The notes below the pieces were generated by a model. The model had not been told where the DNA came from. It was given only the letters and a program-made list of their open reading frames with translations, and ran no database searches. A stretch of DNA of 64,000 nucleotides from Acidobacteriota bacterium (GTDB lineage: Bacteria > Acidobacteriota > UBA6911 > JACQSX01), in the NCBI GenBank assembly GCA_036507075.1, contig DASXQR010000010.1:26485-90484 (forward strand), in the 5' to 3' direction. Positions 1-7,313 of the stretch are shown one piece after another; the stretch's first letter is position 1; each line of letters begins with the position of its first letter. A program made the translations under genes and the position numbers.

Positions 1-130
1 GTTAACGAATAAACGATACTGAACGGAAACCAGCATCACAAACCGGCGGGCACCGGCGCTGGTTTTTGGGAACAGTTCCGTGCCACACACTGCAGAACCG
101 CGCGCGACAACAATCCTTAATTCGTTAGGC
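1..130 (-). repeat. attC-like recombination site (full length, ~130 bp) at the 3' end of the ParE/antitoxin cassette. Read on the minus strand it runs GCCTAACGAATTAAGG ... internal inverted repeats (AAACCAGCGCCGGT/ACCGGCGCTGGTTT) ... GTTAAC.
   Basis: RYYYAAC-type core (GCCTAAC) at one end and a GTTRRRY-like core at the other, with internal imperfect palindromes. The first 16 nt are identical to the truncated site at 3790-3812. It lies immediately downstream of a cassette ORF in the minus orientation. Confidence 0.5.
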
Positions 131-424
131 GTCTCGTCTCCTTCTCTTCCAACTGCGCGGGTCCCGAGCACAATGATAAAGGCCATACACGACTAATTCA
201 TTCCTCTCTATTTCATAGAAAACTTCATACGGAAACCGTCGGACCAGAGACCGTCGCATATGTCGGTGAACCATCGGGTATGCCTGGGGATATCGTTCAA
301 TACCCGCGATGCAGGTATCAACACAACGCAGGAATTCATCACCAAGTCCTCGGCCTCTCCGGTCGTACCAGTCGACGGCTCGGTCGAGGTCCTTTTCAGC
401 CTCAGGTGTAAGTCGCGCCTTCAC
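125..424 (-). CDS. Type II toxin, RelE/ParE family (ParE-like)
   Basis: 99-aa ORF with a typical ParE/RelE C-terminus (..RRFPYEVFYEIERNELVVYGLYHCARDP..). It overlaps the upstream antitoxin by 4 nt (ATGA). Confidence 0.85.
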   Translation of the reverse strand: MKARLTPEAEKDLDRAVDWYDRRGRGLGDEFLRCVDTCIAGIERYPQAYPMVHRHMRRSLVRRFPYEVFYEIERNELVVYGLYHCARDPRSWKRRRRDA

Positions 425-639
425 CTTCGGCGTTCAAGCCGCGCACGCACTTCTGACCAGGGCTTTGCTGCAGATGGGTCACGGCGATGTGCCCGCTTGC
501 GTCGATCCAGTTCTTTGCGCTGAGCTGCAGTTACAGGAATTAACTCGGGTTCGGCCAATATGCTGTCCCAAATCTCTTCAATCAACTGAATCCGCTCAGA
601 AACGCTCAATGCCAGGATGTCCTTGACCGATACACTCAT
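421..639 (-). CDS. Putative addiction-module antitoxin (TIGR02574-like component)
   Basis: ..LSVSERIQLIEEIWDSILAEPELIPVTAAQRKELDRRKRAHRRDP..PWSEVRARL matches the 'putative addiction module component' family. The start was trimmed to the internal Met (MSVSVKD); the ORF extends to 678. Confidence 0.7.
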   Translation of the reverse strand: MSVSVKDILALSVSERIQLIEEIWDSILAEPELIPVTAAQRKELDRRKRAHRRDPSAAKPWSEVRARLERRR

Positions 640-691
640 ATCGCCATTGTCCATCAGGAAACAAGATTCGACAAGCACGCTCTCTCGGTGC

Positions 692-780
692 GCCTAACGC
701 TTGGCATCAGCCGCGCGCCCCATTCAATGTTGCGATCCAATGCACCGGCGGTGGCGCGTCGGCATGCCGTTGGTCAGGCC
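692..780 (-). repeat. attC-like site, long class. On the plus strand: GCCTAAC ... GGCATCAGCCGCGCG ... GCGGTGGCGCGTCGGCATGCC ... GTTGGTCAGGC.
   Basis: Shares the conserved L''/L' arms GGCATCAGCCGCGCG / GCGGTGGCGCGTCGGCATGCC with the sites at 1498-1590, 6403-6493 and 7165-7249. Has RYYYAAC/GTTRRRY-like ends. Confidence 0.6.
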
Positions 781-859
781 TTTTTTTCCACCAAGCGTCC
801 CGAGACATACTTGTGCAGAAGGCTAGCGACAATGCCGCTCCCTGGAAAGGAGATACTGT

Positions 860-1306
860 ATGACACCGTTACGGCAACGGATGATTGAGGATATGCAGTG
901 CATCGACAACGACCAGGTCACCTTTCGTTATCGCGATAATCGCTGCCAACAGATGCGCTCAGTCAAGCTGCCGGCTGTCGAGTTTATTGGCCGCTTCCTG
1001 CAGCATGTACTGCCGCGCGGTTGTGCCAAGGTGCGCTACTACGGAATCTGCAGTCCTTCCTGCCGCAAGCAACTGGATCAGGCGCGCACTCTGCTAACGG
1101 TACCCATCGACCACTCCCAGTCCACTCCCATCGCGCCCTCCCCCGAGCCACCCGGAACCGCTCCACCGCTGTCCCCATTGCCACATCGGACAGTTCATCA
1201 TCATCGAGATGATCCGTCCGCAACGTATCTACCCTCCATGACATCGCCATTGAACCCATGCGCTCTATCCTGTTGGGTCTGCCATCCTGGGCCGCCATGC
1301 GAGTGA
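860..1306 (+). pseudogene. IS91-family (Y2/HUH rolling-circle) transposase C-terminal remnant. Homology is confined to roughly 860-1090.
   Basis: ..[47 protein letters not shown].. resembles the conserved C-terminal region of IS91/IS801 transposases (..[21 protein letters not shown]..). There is no N-terminal HUH domain, and the gene is in opposite orientation to the cassettes. Confidence 0.55.
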
Positions 1307-1467
1307 AGTACTCGATAAATGCTTCTTTTCCGTCAGCCACTGCTGGGTTGTGTTGAATGTAGACGCGCCCGACGTACTTCTCGATCGCCTCTGCAGGCTT
1401 CGGACTGGTTAAATATCAAGTCATAGAAGGCTTGCACGGCCTTTTTGTTTTGATCGAGGCTCCGCAT
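984..1467 (-). pseudogene. SnoaL/NTF2-like (ester-cyclase-like) cassette gene, frameshifted and 3'-truncated by the IS91 remnant
   Basis: The N-terminal piece ..[16 protein letters not shown].. (ORF 1333..1521) continues in another frame as ..[45 protein letters not shown].. (ORF 984..1340). The frameshift lies near 1390, and homology ends near 1210 where the IS91 fragment begins. Confidence 0.4.
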
Positions 1468-1497
1468 TGAGATTCTCCCAGATCCAGAGGGTGGCTC

Positions 1498-1590
1498 GTT
1501 AGGCGGCCTAACGGCAGGCATCAGCCGCGCGTCAGGAACTGTAGCAATCCAAGGAAACCGCGGTGGCGCGTCGGCATGCCGGGGTTAGCC
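1498..1590 (-). repeat. attC-like site, long class (GTTAGGC GG GCCTAAC ... GGCATCAGCCGCGCG ... GCGGTGGCGCGTCGGCATGCC ... GGTTAGCC)
   Basis: Same conserved arms as the sites at 692-780, 6403-6493 and 7165-7249. Both GCCTAAC and GTTAGCC cores are present. Confidence 0.6.
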
Positions 1591-1602
1591 TGCGTCGCCG
1601 AT

Positions 1603-1914
1603 TTATTCTCCTTGCCGCCACTTTGCGAAGTCACGAGCTCCGTGCACGAAAGCTAAGATCCGCACTTCGGTAGATGTAACTTCATAGATTAGTCGATAGC
1701 GCTGGATAAAAAGTTCACGAGTGTCGGAATTTCCAATTTCGGGAACCACCCTACCGCGTTCGCTGAAAGACGCTAGAGTAGCCGCCGTTGCCAGAGTCTG
1801 ATCGAGAAACTGCTCGGCAGCGATGGGAGAGTTCTGGGAGATATAACTGAGTACTTCGTCAAGCGCCGAGCGTGCCTCTCTTGACCAGATTACTTGGCGC
1901 TGCCGACTATCCAT
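1603..1914 (-). CDS. Type II toxin, RelE/ParE family (ParE-like)
   Basis: ..RQVIWSREARSALDEVLSYISQNSPIAAEQF..ERGRVVPEIGNSDTRELFIQRYRLIYEVTSTEVRILAFVHGARD.. shows the canonical ParE fold signature. It is overlapped by the upstream small antitoxin ORF. Confidence 0.85.
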   Translation of the reverse strand: MDSRQRQVIWSREARSALDEVLSYISQNSPIAAEQFLDQTLATAATLASFSERGRVVPEIGNSDTRELFIQRYRLIYEVTSTEVRILAFVHGARDFAKWRQGE

Positions 1915-2126
1915 TTCTTGCGCAGCTCTTCGACTACCTGCTCGTGTGGGATCGTGCGGCCGGCAGCTACGTCCTCTTGGCCCCGGTTCACAGCTTGAAT
2001 TACATAGAGGTGGTACAAAACGTCGTCTATGCTGCAGTCGTCAGGGAGTCGGTCCAGCAGGGCCTTGACAGTCTGTTTCGTTCGCAAGTTGTCCTCCGGT
2101 TCGTTCAAGTCGTTGGAGCTTATCAA
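1890..2126 (-). CDS. Putative antitoxin partner of the ParE-like toxin
   Basis: 78-aa ORF directly upstream of and overlapping the toxin, which is the typical antitoxin-toxin operon arrangement. Family not identified by eye. Confidence 0.55.
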   Translation of the reverse strand: MISSNDLNEPEDNLRTKQTVKALLDRLPDDCSIDDVLYHLYVIQAVNRGQEDVAAGRTIPHEQVVEELRKKWIVGSAK

Positions 2127-2170
2127 AATTATGACCCCATTATAAGCACTCGACCATGATCGCCCAAGCA

Positions 2171-2230
2171 GGCTAACGATTCTGGGTTTGAGCCGCGCGT
2201 TCTTTACGTCGGTTCCAAACCCGTGTTAAC
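2171..2230 (-). repeat. attC-like site, short class (~60 bp): GCTAACGATTCTGGGTTTGAGCCGCGCGTTCTTTACGTCGGTTCCAAACCCGTGTTAAC
   Basis: RYYYAAC / GTTRRRY-type ends (GCTAAC ... GTTAAC) with an internal inverted repeat GGGTTTG...CAAACCC. It sits between two cassettes. Confidence 0.45.
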
Positions 2231-2265
2231 CCGTCCAAGTCCACATTTCTGACCAGTACTGCATC

Positions 2266-2619
2266 TCACCCGCTGAACTCCGAAGCAGAGAGATAGGCTT
2301 CAGCAGTTTGTGACGCATGACGACGCACTCGATCAACCACGTCCGCGAGGCCCATCATGCCGCCGAGAACAAGATAGATATGCTCGTGATCCAACAGGAG
2401 AAGCGGGGTTCTTTCACCTGACGCCTCTTGTCGAGCTACCGCAGAGTATCCGGATATCGAAACCATGACGCCCATAGTATTGTCTGCTTTGGTGGTGACC
2501 TTTTTGTGGAATGTGTCAATATCGGTGGCGGCCGCTTGTTTCGCCGTGAACATCCATTCGATCAAATAAGTAGTACCGGACACAGTGAGAGAACCATCTA
2601 TCTGCGTTCCATTATGCAC
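2266..2619 (-). CDS. Stand-alone Mrr-cat-like (PD-(D/E)xK) restriction-endonuclease domain protein, probable fragment
   Basis: ..IDGSLTVSGTTYLIEWMFTAKQ...GVMVSISGYSAVARQEA.. resembles the Mrr/restriction-endonuclease catalytic domain (D...E.K). Only 117 aa with no N-terminal recognition domain. Confidence 0.4.
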   Translation of the reverse strand: MHNGTQIDGSLTVSGTTYLIEWMFTAKQAAATDIDTFHKKVTTKADNTMGVMVSISGYSAVARQEASGERTPLLLLDHEHIYLVLGGMMGLADVVDRVRRHASQTAEAYLSASEFSG

Positions 2620-2717
2620 ATAGGGTTTTCTGTTCGAATTTCGGAGAAATCGAGCAGATTACATTGATTTCACAATCCCGAATTGTGACAGGCATCTATC
2701 ATCCTATCCCATGGACC

Positions 2718-3763
2718 TCATCTCCGCGTCGCTGCCACCACGTCCCGAATCGCAGTAACCACGATGTCAGGCTGCGAGATCAGAATCTCATGGCCGCTGT
2801 GCCGGGCGATGACCTGCTTGCCGGCGCTCGATAGAGCCACCAACGCCGCCTGGTTTCTCTTGTGCTCATCTTCACTCACGCGGCCCTCCGGACCTTCATT
2901 TTCGGGAATCCCTCGCGACAGCACGATAAGCGGCATGTCGCCCAAGGGATGTTCCTTCTTGCCTTGCTGGGCGAGCATGGCCGCCAGCTCTTCACCTTCG
3001 AACGGGTTGTCATTGGTTGCCCAGTGCTTGATTTGCGAGAACGCCCATGCGCGCATGCGCTGGGCTTCGGCTGGAAGCTTGTTGCGTGGCGTGTCGTTCG
3101 CGTGCGGAGCCATCTGCCGGACAGCCGCTTCAATCTGACTTCGGATGTTCCCGGTAAGGTCGCTTTCGCGCAGTGGATCCGAGGTCTTGACCGCCGGGAT
3201 GGGTCTTCCAGTTGCGGTCTCCACCAAGCGGACCATGCGGCTATCTCTGAAGACCGCCACACCACTTTCATGGCCACTCTCCTCGAGTACCATGCCACCG
3301 ACCTCCGATGGATATGTGAAAGCGTAGAGGCGAGCCAATATGCCACCGTACGAGTGCCCCACAAGCACATAAGGAGGCCGAACGCCAGTCTTCTCGAGGA
3401 CGGCATGCACTCCCACACGACCTGGCGCAACGTTCGTGGGCGTGGACCCAGGTCGCTCCAACCGAGCCCGGCGCGATCGTACGAACACACGCGCGCGAAG
3501 CGGGCGACTTCTGGCTGGACGAGACTCCAATCCACCGAGAAACCACCGGCCCCGGCTTCGAGGATGACAGTCGGCTGTGACGCGCTGACCTGGCCCGTGC
3601 AATTGAGGTGGACTCGCCACCCGCCGAGATCTACTAGCTGGCCGGGCGCAGAAATGGGTGGCGAACTGGGTGGTGTCTGGGCTGTCGCCGGCATCGAAAC
3701 CCAGATGAGCAGAACGGCTGATATCGGCACCAGCAATCGACACCAAGCGAGCGTTTGTTGCAT
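2718..3763 (-). pseudogene. Secreted alpha/beta hydrolase, frameshifted
   Basis: The signal peptide and N-terminus (MQQTLAWCRLLVPISAVLLIWVSMPATAQ..GWRVHLNCTG..VILEAGAGGFSVDWS..) are in the frame of ORF 2876..3763. The catalytic part (..PYVLVGHSYGGILARLYA..) is in the frame of ORF 2718..3746. The shift is near 3430. Confidence 0.65.
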
Positions 3764-3785
3764 CTCACTCCCCTCTATCGAAACG

Positions 3786-3812
3786 ATGTCGCGGCCTTAA
3801 TTCGTTAGGCGT
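3786..3812 (-). repeat. Truncated attC-like site (GCCTAACGAATTAAGG...). It shares its first 16 nt with the full site at 1-130 but lacks the distal half.
   Basis: Exact 16-20 nt identity with the 114-133 region. It directly abuts the start codon of the hydrolase pseudogene. Confidence 0.4.
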
Positions 3813-4044
3813 CTCCACCGAACAGCTCTACAAGGAGACGTTCAGCTTCTTGAAGACCCTGTTCGGTGAACACAACTGATTTTGCCTTGCCGACAGGGTC
3901 TGAGATATATCCCTTTTCGTGAAGGCGCCTCATTGCATCCCAATCAAAGCCTTTCCACGCTCGATTATCTTCATGCAGCCCAAGAACGAGCAGCGCTAGA
4001 ACTGCACGATCGATCTTGTCTGTATTGAGTTTCATTTCTTTCAA
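3805..4044 (-). CDS. DUF6429-family small protein
   Basis: ..DKIDRAVLALLVLGLHEDNRAWKGFDWDAMRRLHEKGYISDPVGKAKSVVFTEQGLQEAERL.. matches the conserved pattern of DUF6429 proteins. Single-gene cassette. Confidence 0.65.
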   Translation of the reverse strand: MKEMKLNTDKIDRAVLALLVLGLHEDNRAWKGFDWDAMRRLHEKGYISDPVGKAKSVVFTEQGLQEAERLLVELFGGDA

Positions 4045-4056
4045 TAAATGCCAGAT

Positions 4057-4120
4057 GCCTAACGCTCGCGGTCAGCCGCGGTGGGTGCGCTCGAGTGCGA
4101 CTTCGCTGCTATCCCCCCGT
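4057..4120 (-). repeat. Degenerate attC-like site (GCCTAACGCTCGCGGTCAGCCGCGGTGGGTGCGCTCGAG...)
   Basis: RYYYAAC core followed by imperfect palindromic arms related to the long class. No clear GTTRRRY end. Confidence 0.3.
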
Positions 4121-4507
4121 CCCACTGGCGGCTGCACCGCGTCCTTGGGCGGCAGCCAAGCCTTGCTGCGGAACCAATCGCCTATTGACCACATATTGCA
4201 AGTAGAAGATTCCAAAGAAGAACACCGCCATTACAGATAGGGGGGTCTGAGCCTGAATGCTCCTCAGCGGGCTCTGGGGATCCTGAATCCTCCTCAAATG
4301 GGACAAGTGAGACTCCAGAATACGGCTCACCTTGAAGCATTGTACGATCAAGGTGATCCCTGCAGTGAGTTGCAACAGTTTTGTTACAAGGTTGACGGAT
4401 TGAGAGGCGTCAACCTCGCCAGCGCCCTCAAGAGCGCCTAAAAGCCAGTAAAGAATAAGGTTAATGCTGAGTATAACTATCGCGAACACGAATGGCCCAA
4501 CTCCCAC
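4109..4507 (-). CDS. Hypothetical small membrane protein (2-3 predicted TM helices)
   Basis: ORF with hydrophobic N- and C-terminal segments. It is co-cassetted downstream of the zinc-ribbon protein, and its 3' end runs into the attC-like site. Confidence 0.4.
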   Translation of the reverse strand: MGVGPFVFAIVILSINLILYWLLGALEGAGEVDASQSVNLVTKLLQLTAGITLIVQCFKVSRILESHLSHLRRIQDPQSPLRSIQAQTPLSVMAVFFFGIFYLQYVVNRRLVPQQGLAAAQGRGAAASGTGG

Positions 4508-4567
4508 CTTCTCCTTCGCTTGGAGACTGTTGAATGCCCCACGTCGCGACAGGAACCAACAGGGATA

Positions 4568-4771
4568 CTAAATGCTGGCCGTGATGATGACGAGCAAAAT
4601 GGTCAACAGGATACTCTGTCTCCTTAGCGTCGGCGATTCCGTGTCAGTATTTGGGCCGGCGTGTGGTGCAAGTGGAGTGCTGTTATGAAGGGCTGTACCG
4701 CACTGCCCACAGTATTTCGTGCCGTCCTGGAGGCTGGCTCCGCAATGTGTGCAGTACATAGGTTCCTCCAA
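4568..4771 (-). CDS. Zinc-ribbon domain protein with C-terminal transmembrane anchor
   Basis: CTHCG..(x10)..CGQCG double CxxC zinc-ribbon at the N-terminus and a hydrophobic tail (ILLTILLVIITASI). Confidence 0.55.
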   Translation of the reverse strand: MEEPMYCTHCGASLQDGTKYCGQCGTALHNSTPLAPHAGPNTDTESPTLRRQSILLTILLVIITASI

Positions 4772-4835
4772 CGATAGATTTCAGGCGTCCGATCGGCATC
4801 AGCGGCGCGGTTTGCCGTCTGCTGCATGCGTCAGG
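4768..4835 (-). repeat. Short hairpin repeat (GGCATCAGCGGCGCGGTTTGCCGTC). Second copy of the attC-related short class also seen at 7690-7735.
   Basis: ~30 nt near-identical to 7699-7730. The palindromic core resembles the GGCATCAGCCGCGCG arm of the long attC class. Confidence 0.3.
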
Positions 4836-4869
4836 CAGCACCCGATCGTGTGGTCGGAGGGTAGTATAT

Positions 4870-5459
4870 CTCAACATTCTGACTGGCAATGTCGAGCGGC
4901 CCGAACAGGTTCTCAGCTACCGCTTTCGAAGTGTGAATGAGTTCGTCATAGGTGAGAATGCGCAGCCTTGGAATCTGACCCTGGAGCGTGACGGCTTCCA
5001 GCGATCATCGGCCGAAAGAGCCGCAGACCTGCCGATTACTATTAGTTAGCGATCTGGGATTGGCGGAGATGCCGGCCAGCCCGAGTTCTTGTTGCACGCT
5101 GGGAAGGTTGTCCTCAATGAAAATGCGCCAGTCGATAATCTGATTGATTGCGTGAGTCAATTCCTCCCGGCTAGAAGGTCGGTTTCGGCCCACAGTGGGG
5201 CGAATTCAAGCTTCCAGTAGTCGCTTTGGAATTTGGGGTACACTTCGAGGGCTTGCCAGCCAACCTGCAGCTTGATAGCGCCTTTCGCGAGAAACTCGCG
5301 AGTTCGGTCAATGTTCCCGGCGGGGTCTGCAGGCACGATGATTCCCGACATGACGAGTTGCAGCTCGTTAGTGCAAGACACCAAGCAGGGAGGCCGAATC
5401 GGAGGAGGTGGAATGGAAATGCTTGGATCAAAATCGAGACTGGCCATGATTACCAGCAT
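4870..5459 (-). pseudogene. Decayed cassette ORF of unknown function, split over three frames
   Basis: Consecutive minus-strand ORF pieces 5157..5459, 5005..5193 and ~4870..5000 each have plausible protein-like composition but are interrupted by frameshifts and stops. Confidence 0.25.
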
Positions 5460-5844
5460 AATTGTCCGCTACGACCTCGGCACCGAGGGCGCTACCAAGA
5501 TTCGAGCGGCGGCGATCGACTCCGGCTTGACAGAACTGGCTCCGAAGTTCTCGAGCCTCTACATACATCGCCGTTTTGCGTGCTCTAAGTTCTTGCGGCA
5601 GACGTTTCACGAACATGCAGAACAATCCATCAGCCAGTCCACTTGGGCACGAGCCTTCTATCAACTGCAAAAAGCAGAGGCAAGGGCTATCATGCAGCCG
5701 TTCGGGCGTTCGCTTTTAAATGGATCCGGATTATTTTTCACTGCTGGAAAGACAGCACCCTTTACAACGAGGAGCAGTACCTGCAGGCACTGCGTCGCAG
5801 AAACTCACCGCTGGTCCCGCTGCGGCAGGCGAGTGCTTAACTAA
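5440..5844 (+). pseudogene. IS110-family transposase C-terminal remnant, frameshifted
   Basis: The C-terminal ORF 5643..5840 (..KGYHAAVRAFAFKWIRIIFHCWKDSTLYNEEQYLQALRRRNSPL..) matches the conserved IS110-family transposase C-terminus. The upstream piece (..KIRAAAIDSGLTELAP..) is in another frame. No DEDD N-terminal domain. Confidence 0.55.
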
Positions 5845-5893
5845 AAAAACTATTGACTAAAACACCTCAGATGTCTGGATGCAATTGTTAGGC
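5834..5893 (-). repeat. attC-like site, short AT-rich class (GCTTAAC ... GTTAGGC)
   Basis: RYYYAAC and GTTRRRY cores spaced ~60 bp apart, at a cassette boundary. Confidence 0.35.
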
Positions 5894-6334
5894 GCGTCGT
5901 GAATATAGCATCCGGCCCCGTTCGCTGAACGTGAACCAGGTCAAATAGATCCCCAATAGCAAGCCACCAGGAAGATAGTAAACCTGTGCAGAACAAATAT
6001 AGAACAGGAGCGATGATTGCCATTCTAGATCGGCAATTGGGACTCGGCTGCTGTAAGTTTTAAGCTGCTTAAGTAGAGCAAGCGTCTGTAAGAATGGCAG
6101 CGCGATTCCAGCCCACCTAACCCAGCCCTTGCGGCGCAGCAAGCCGCTGCCAATGACCAGCATGGGAAGAGGCGATGTAAACGCAATGACAAAGATCAGT
6201 AGTAAGGGTGTCTCGCCGCTTGCACCCTGGGAGTTCACCAATACCACAAAGAAGAGAAATAACCCAGCCAACAGACTGTAAACAAGGTAGCACTTGGCCA
6301 GTAGATTGTTATGCCAAATAGTATTACGGTTCAT
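5888..6334 (-). CDS. Hypothetical integral membrane protein (~4 TM helices), low GC
   Basis: 148-aa ORF with hydrophobic helices. Its GC (~45%) is well below the window average, as expected for a cassette gene. Confidence 0.5.
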   Translation of the reverse strand: MNRNTIWHNNLLAKCYLVYSLLAGLFLFFVVLVNSQGASGETPLLLIFVIAFTSPLPMLVIGSGLLRRKGWVRWAGIALPFLQTLALLKQLKTYSSRVPIADLEWQSSLLFYICSAQVYYLPGGLLLGIYLTWFTFSERGRMLYSRRA

Positions 6335-6402
6335 TTCAACACCGCCTCTTTTCCAGATCTCAGGATTAACTACTGTGCGTCAGGATATTGGTTAACAGAA
6401 GC

Positions 6403-6493
6403 GTCTAACGCCGAGGCATCAGCCGCGCGCCAGGAAAATCTGTCAGTCCAAGGGAATCGCGGTGGCGCGTCGGCTGCATGCCCGTGGTTAGCT
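6403..6493 (-). repeat. attC-like site, long class (GTCTAAC ... GGCATCAGCCGCGCGCC ... GCGGTGGCGCGTCGGCTGCATGCC ... GTTAGCT). Read on the minus strand, R' = GTTAGAC.
   Basis: Conserved arms shared with 692-780, 1498-1590 and 7165-7249. On the cassette coding strand it is a canonical R''(xGCTAAC)...R'(GTTAGAC) arrangement downstream of the DUF2442 gene. Confidence 0.6.
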
Positions 6494-6513
6494 GGCGTCT
6501 CACTAGGCACGTC

Positions 6514-6810
6514 TCATGCCTGTACTAAATCCCATCTTCGAGCACGGGCGGTCAACGCTTCGACAAATTGCGGCCAGTCGTGTAACGTGGCTGGATCAAA
6601 GTCGGCGCCACTGGGCCAAACCAATGTGTGAACCTCAGGATCAATCCGAACCTGATTGAAGAGCGACAAGTCACGCAACGGTTTGTATAGCTCGCCTGCC
6701 AAAACCGGCTCCAAGTTGATCGTCTGCTCGGTATTGTCATCGAATTGGACACGCACCGTGTAGGGCGCCACGATTTCAAACGACTCGACACGATAGATTG
6801 GGTGAATCAT
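6514..6810 (-). CDS. DUF2442 domain protein
   Basis: ..YRVESFEIVAPYTVRVQFDDNTEQTINLEPVL..LRDLSLFNQVRIDPEVHTLVWPSGADFDPATLHDW.. is the typical DUF2442 pattern. Paired with DUF4160. Confidence 0.8.
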   Translation of the reverse strand: MIHPIYRVESFEIVAPYTVRVQFDDNTEQTINLEPVLAGELYKPLRDLSLFNQVRIDPEVHTLVWPSGADFDPATLHDWPQFVEALTARARRWDLVQA

Positions 6811-6820
6811 TGCTTATCCG

Positions 6821-7090
6821 TTATTTGAGCGGGTCGATCGGTAAGGGCTTCCGGCCCACTTGCAACCTTTGCCAATCGGTGACTAATTCCGATTGGTGTA
6901 ACTCCGCCCAAGCCTCAACTAAGCGTTGTTGCCGTTTGGGCAGTGAACCAGCGATCAACTCGATTGGATCAATGCTATAGATCCCCACACCCTCCTGATA
7001 GTACGCGTGAAAATGTGGTCTATGGTGTGGCGTCTCTGCCTCCGCATACATGCGAATAATGATACCGAAAAACCGGCTGATTTCTGGCAT
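6821..7090 (-). CDS. DUF4160 domain protein
   Basis: MPEISRFFGIIIRMYAEAETPHHRPHFHAYYQE.. is the canonical DUF4160 N-terminus. It lies immediately upstream of the DUF2442 gene, a known two-gene module. Confidence 0.8.
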   Translation of the reverse strand: MPEISRFFGIIIRMYAEAETPHHRPHFHAYYQEGVGIYSIDPIELIAGSLPKRQQRLVEAWAELHQSELVTDWQRLQVGRKPLPIDPLK

Positions 7091-7164
7091 GCACGCATCT
7101 TATTGTTCAATGAAACGGCGAGAAACGCACTGGAAATCAATTGCCCGCCCAGGGACCGTGAGCC

Positions 7165-7249
7165 AGCTAACGCTCAGGCCCGCGCGCCAGGAAATCTATC
7201 AATCCCAGGGAATCGCGGTGGCGCGGCGGCTGCATGCCGGGGGTTAGGC
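7165..7249 (-). repeat. attC-like site, long class (AGCTAAC ... GCGGTGGCGCGGCGGCTGCATGCC ... GTTAGGC)
   Basis: The conserved right arm and both core motifs are present. The left arm is degenerate (CTCAGGCCCGCGCGCC instead of GGCATCAGCCGCGCG). Confidence 0.6.
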
Positions 7250-7313
7250 GGTACAGCTGTCGAACAATCCCGGGCGTGATCAGCACGACATAAGAGCCAA
7301 TCCGCCGTTCTGG

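Noticed and set aside
2862-3800. 312-aa plus-strand ORF antisense to the alpha/beta hydrolase
   Set aside because: It is a high-GC antisense artefact. The minus strand carries clear hydrolase motifs and a signal peptide.
4109-4240. Plus-strand ORF 4016-4240 overlapping the attC-like site and membrane-protein gene
   Set aside because: It runs through the palindromic attC-like sequence and is antisense to the cassette orientation, so it is probably spurious.
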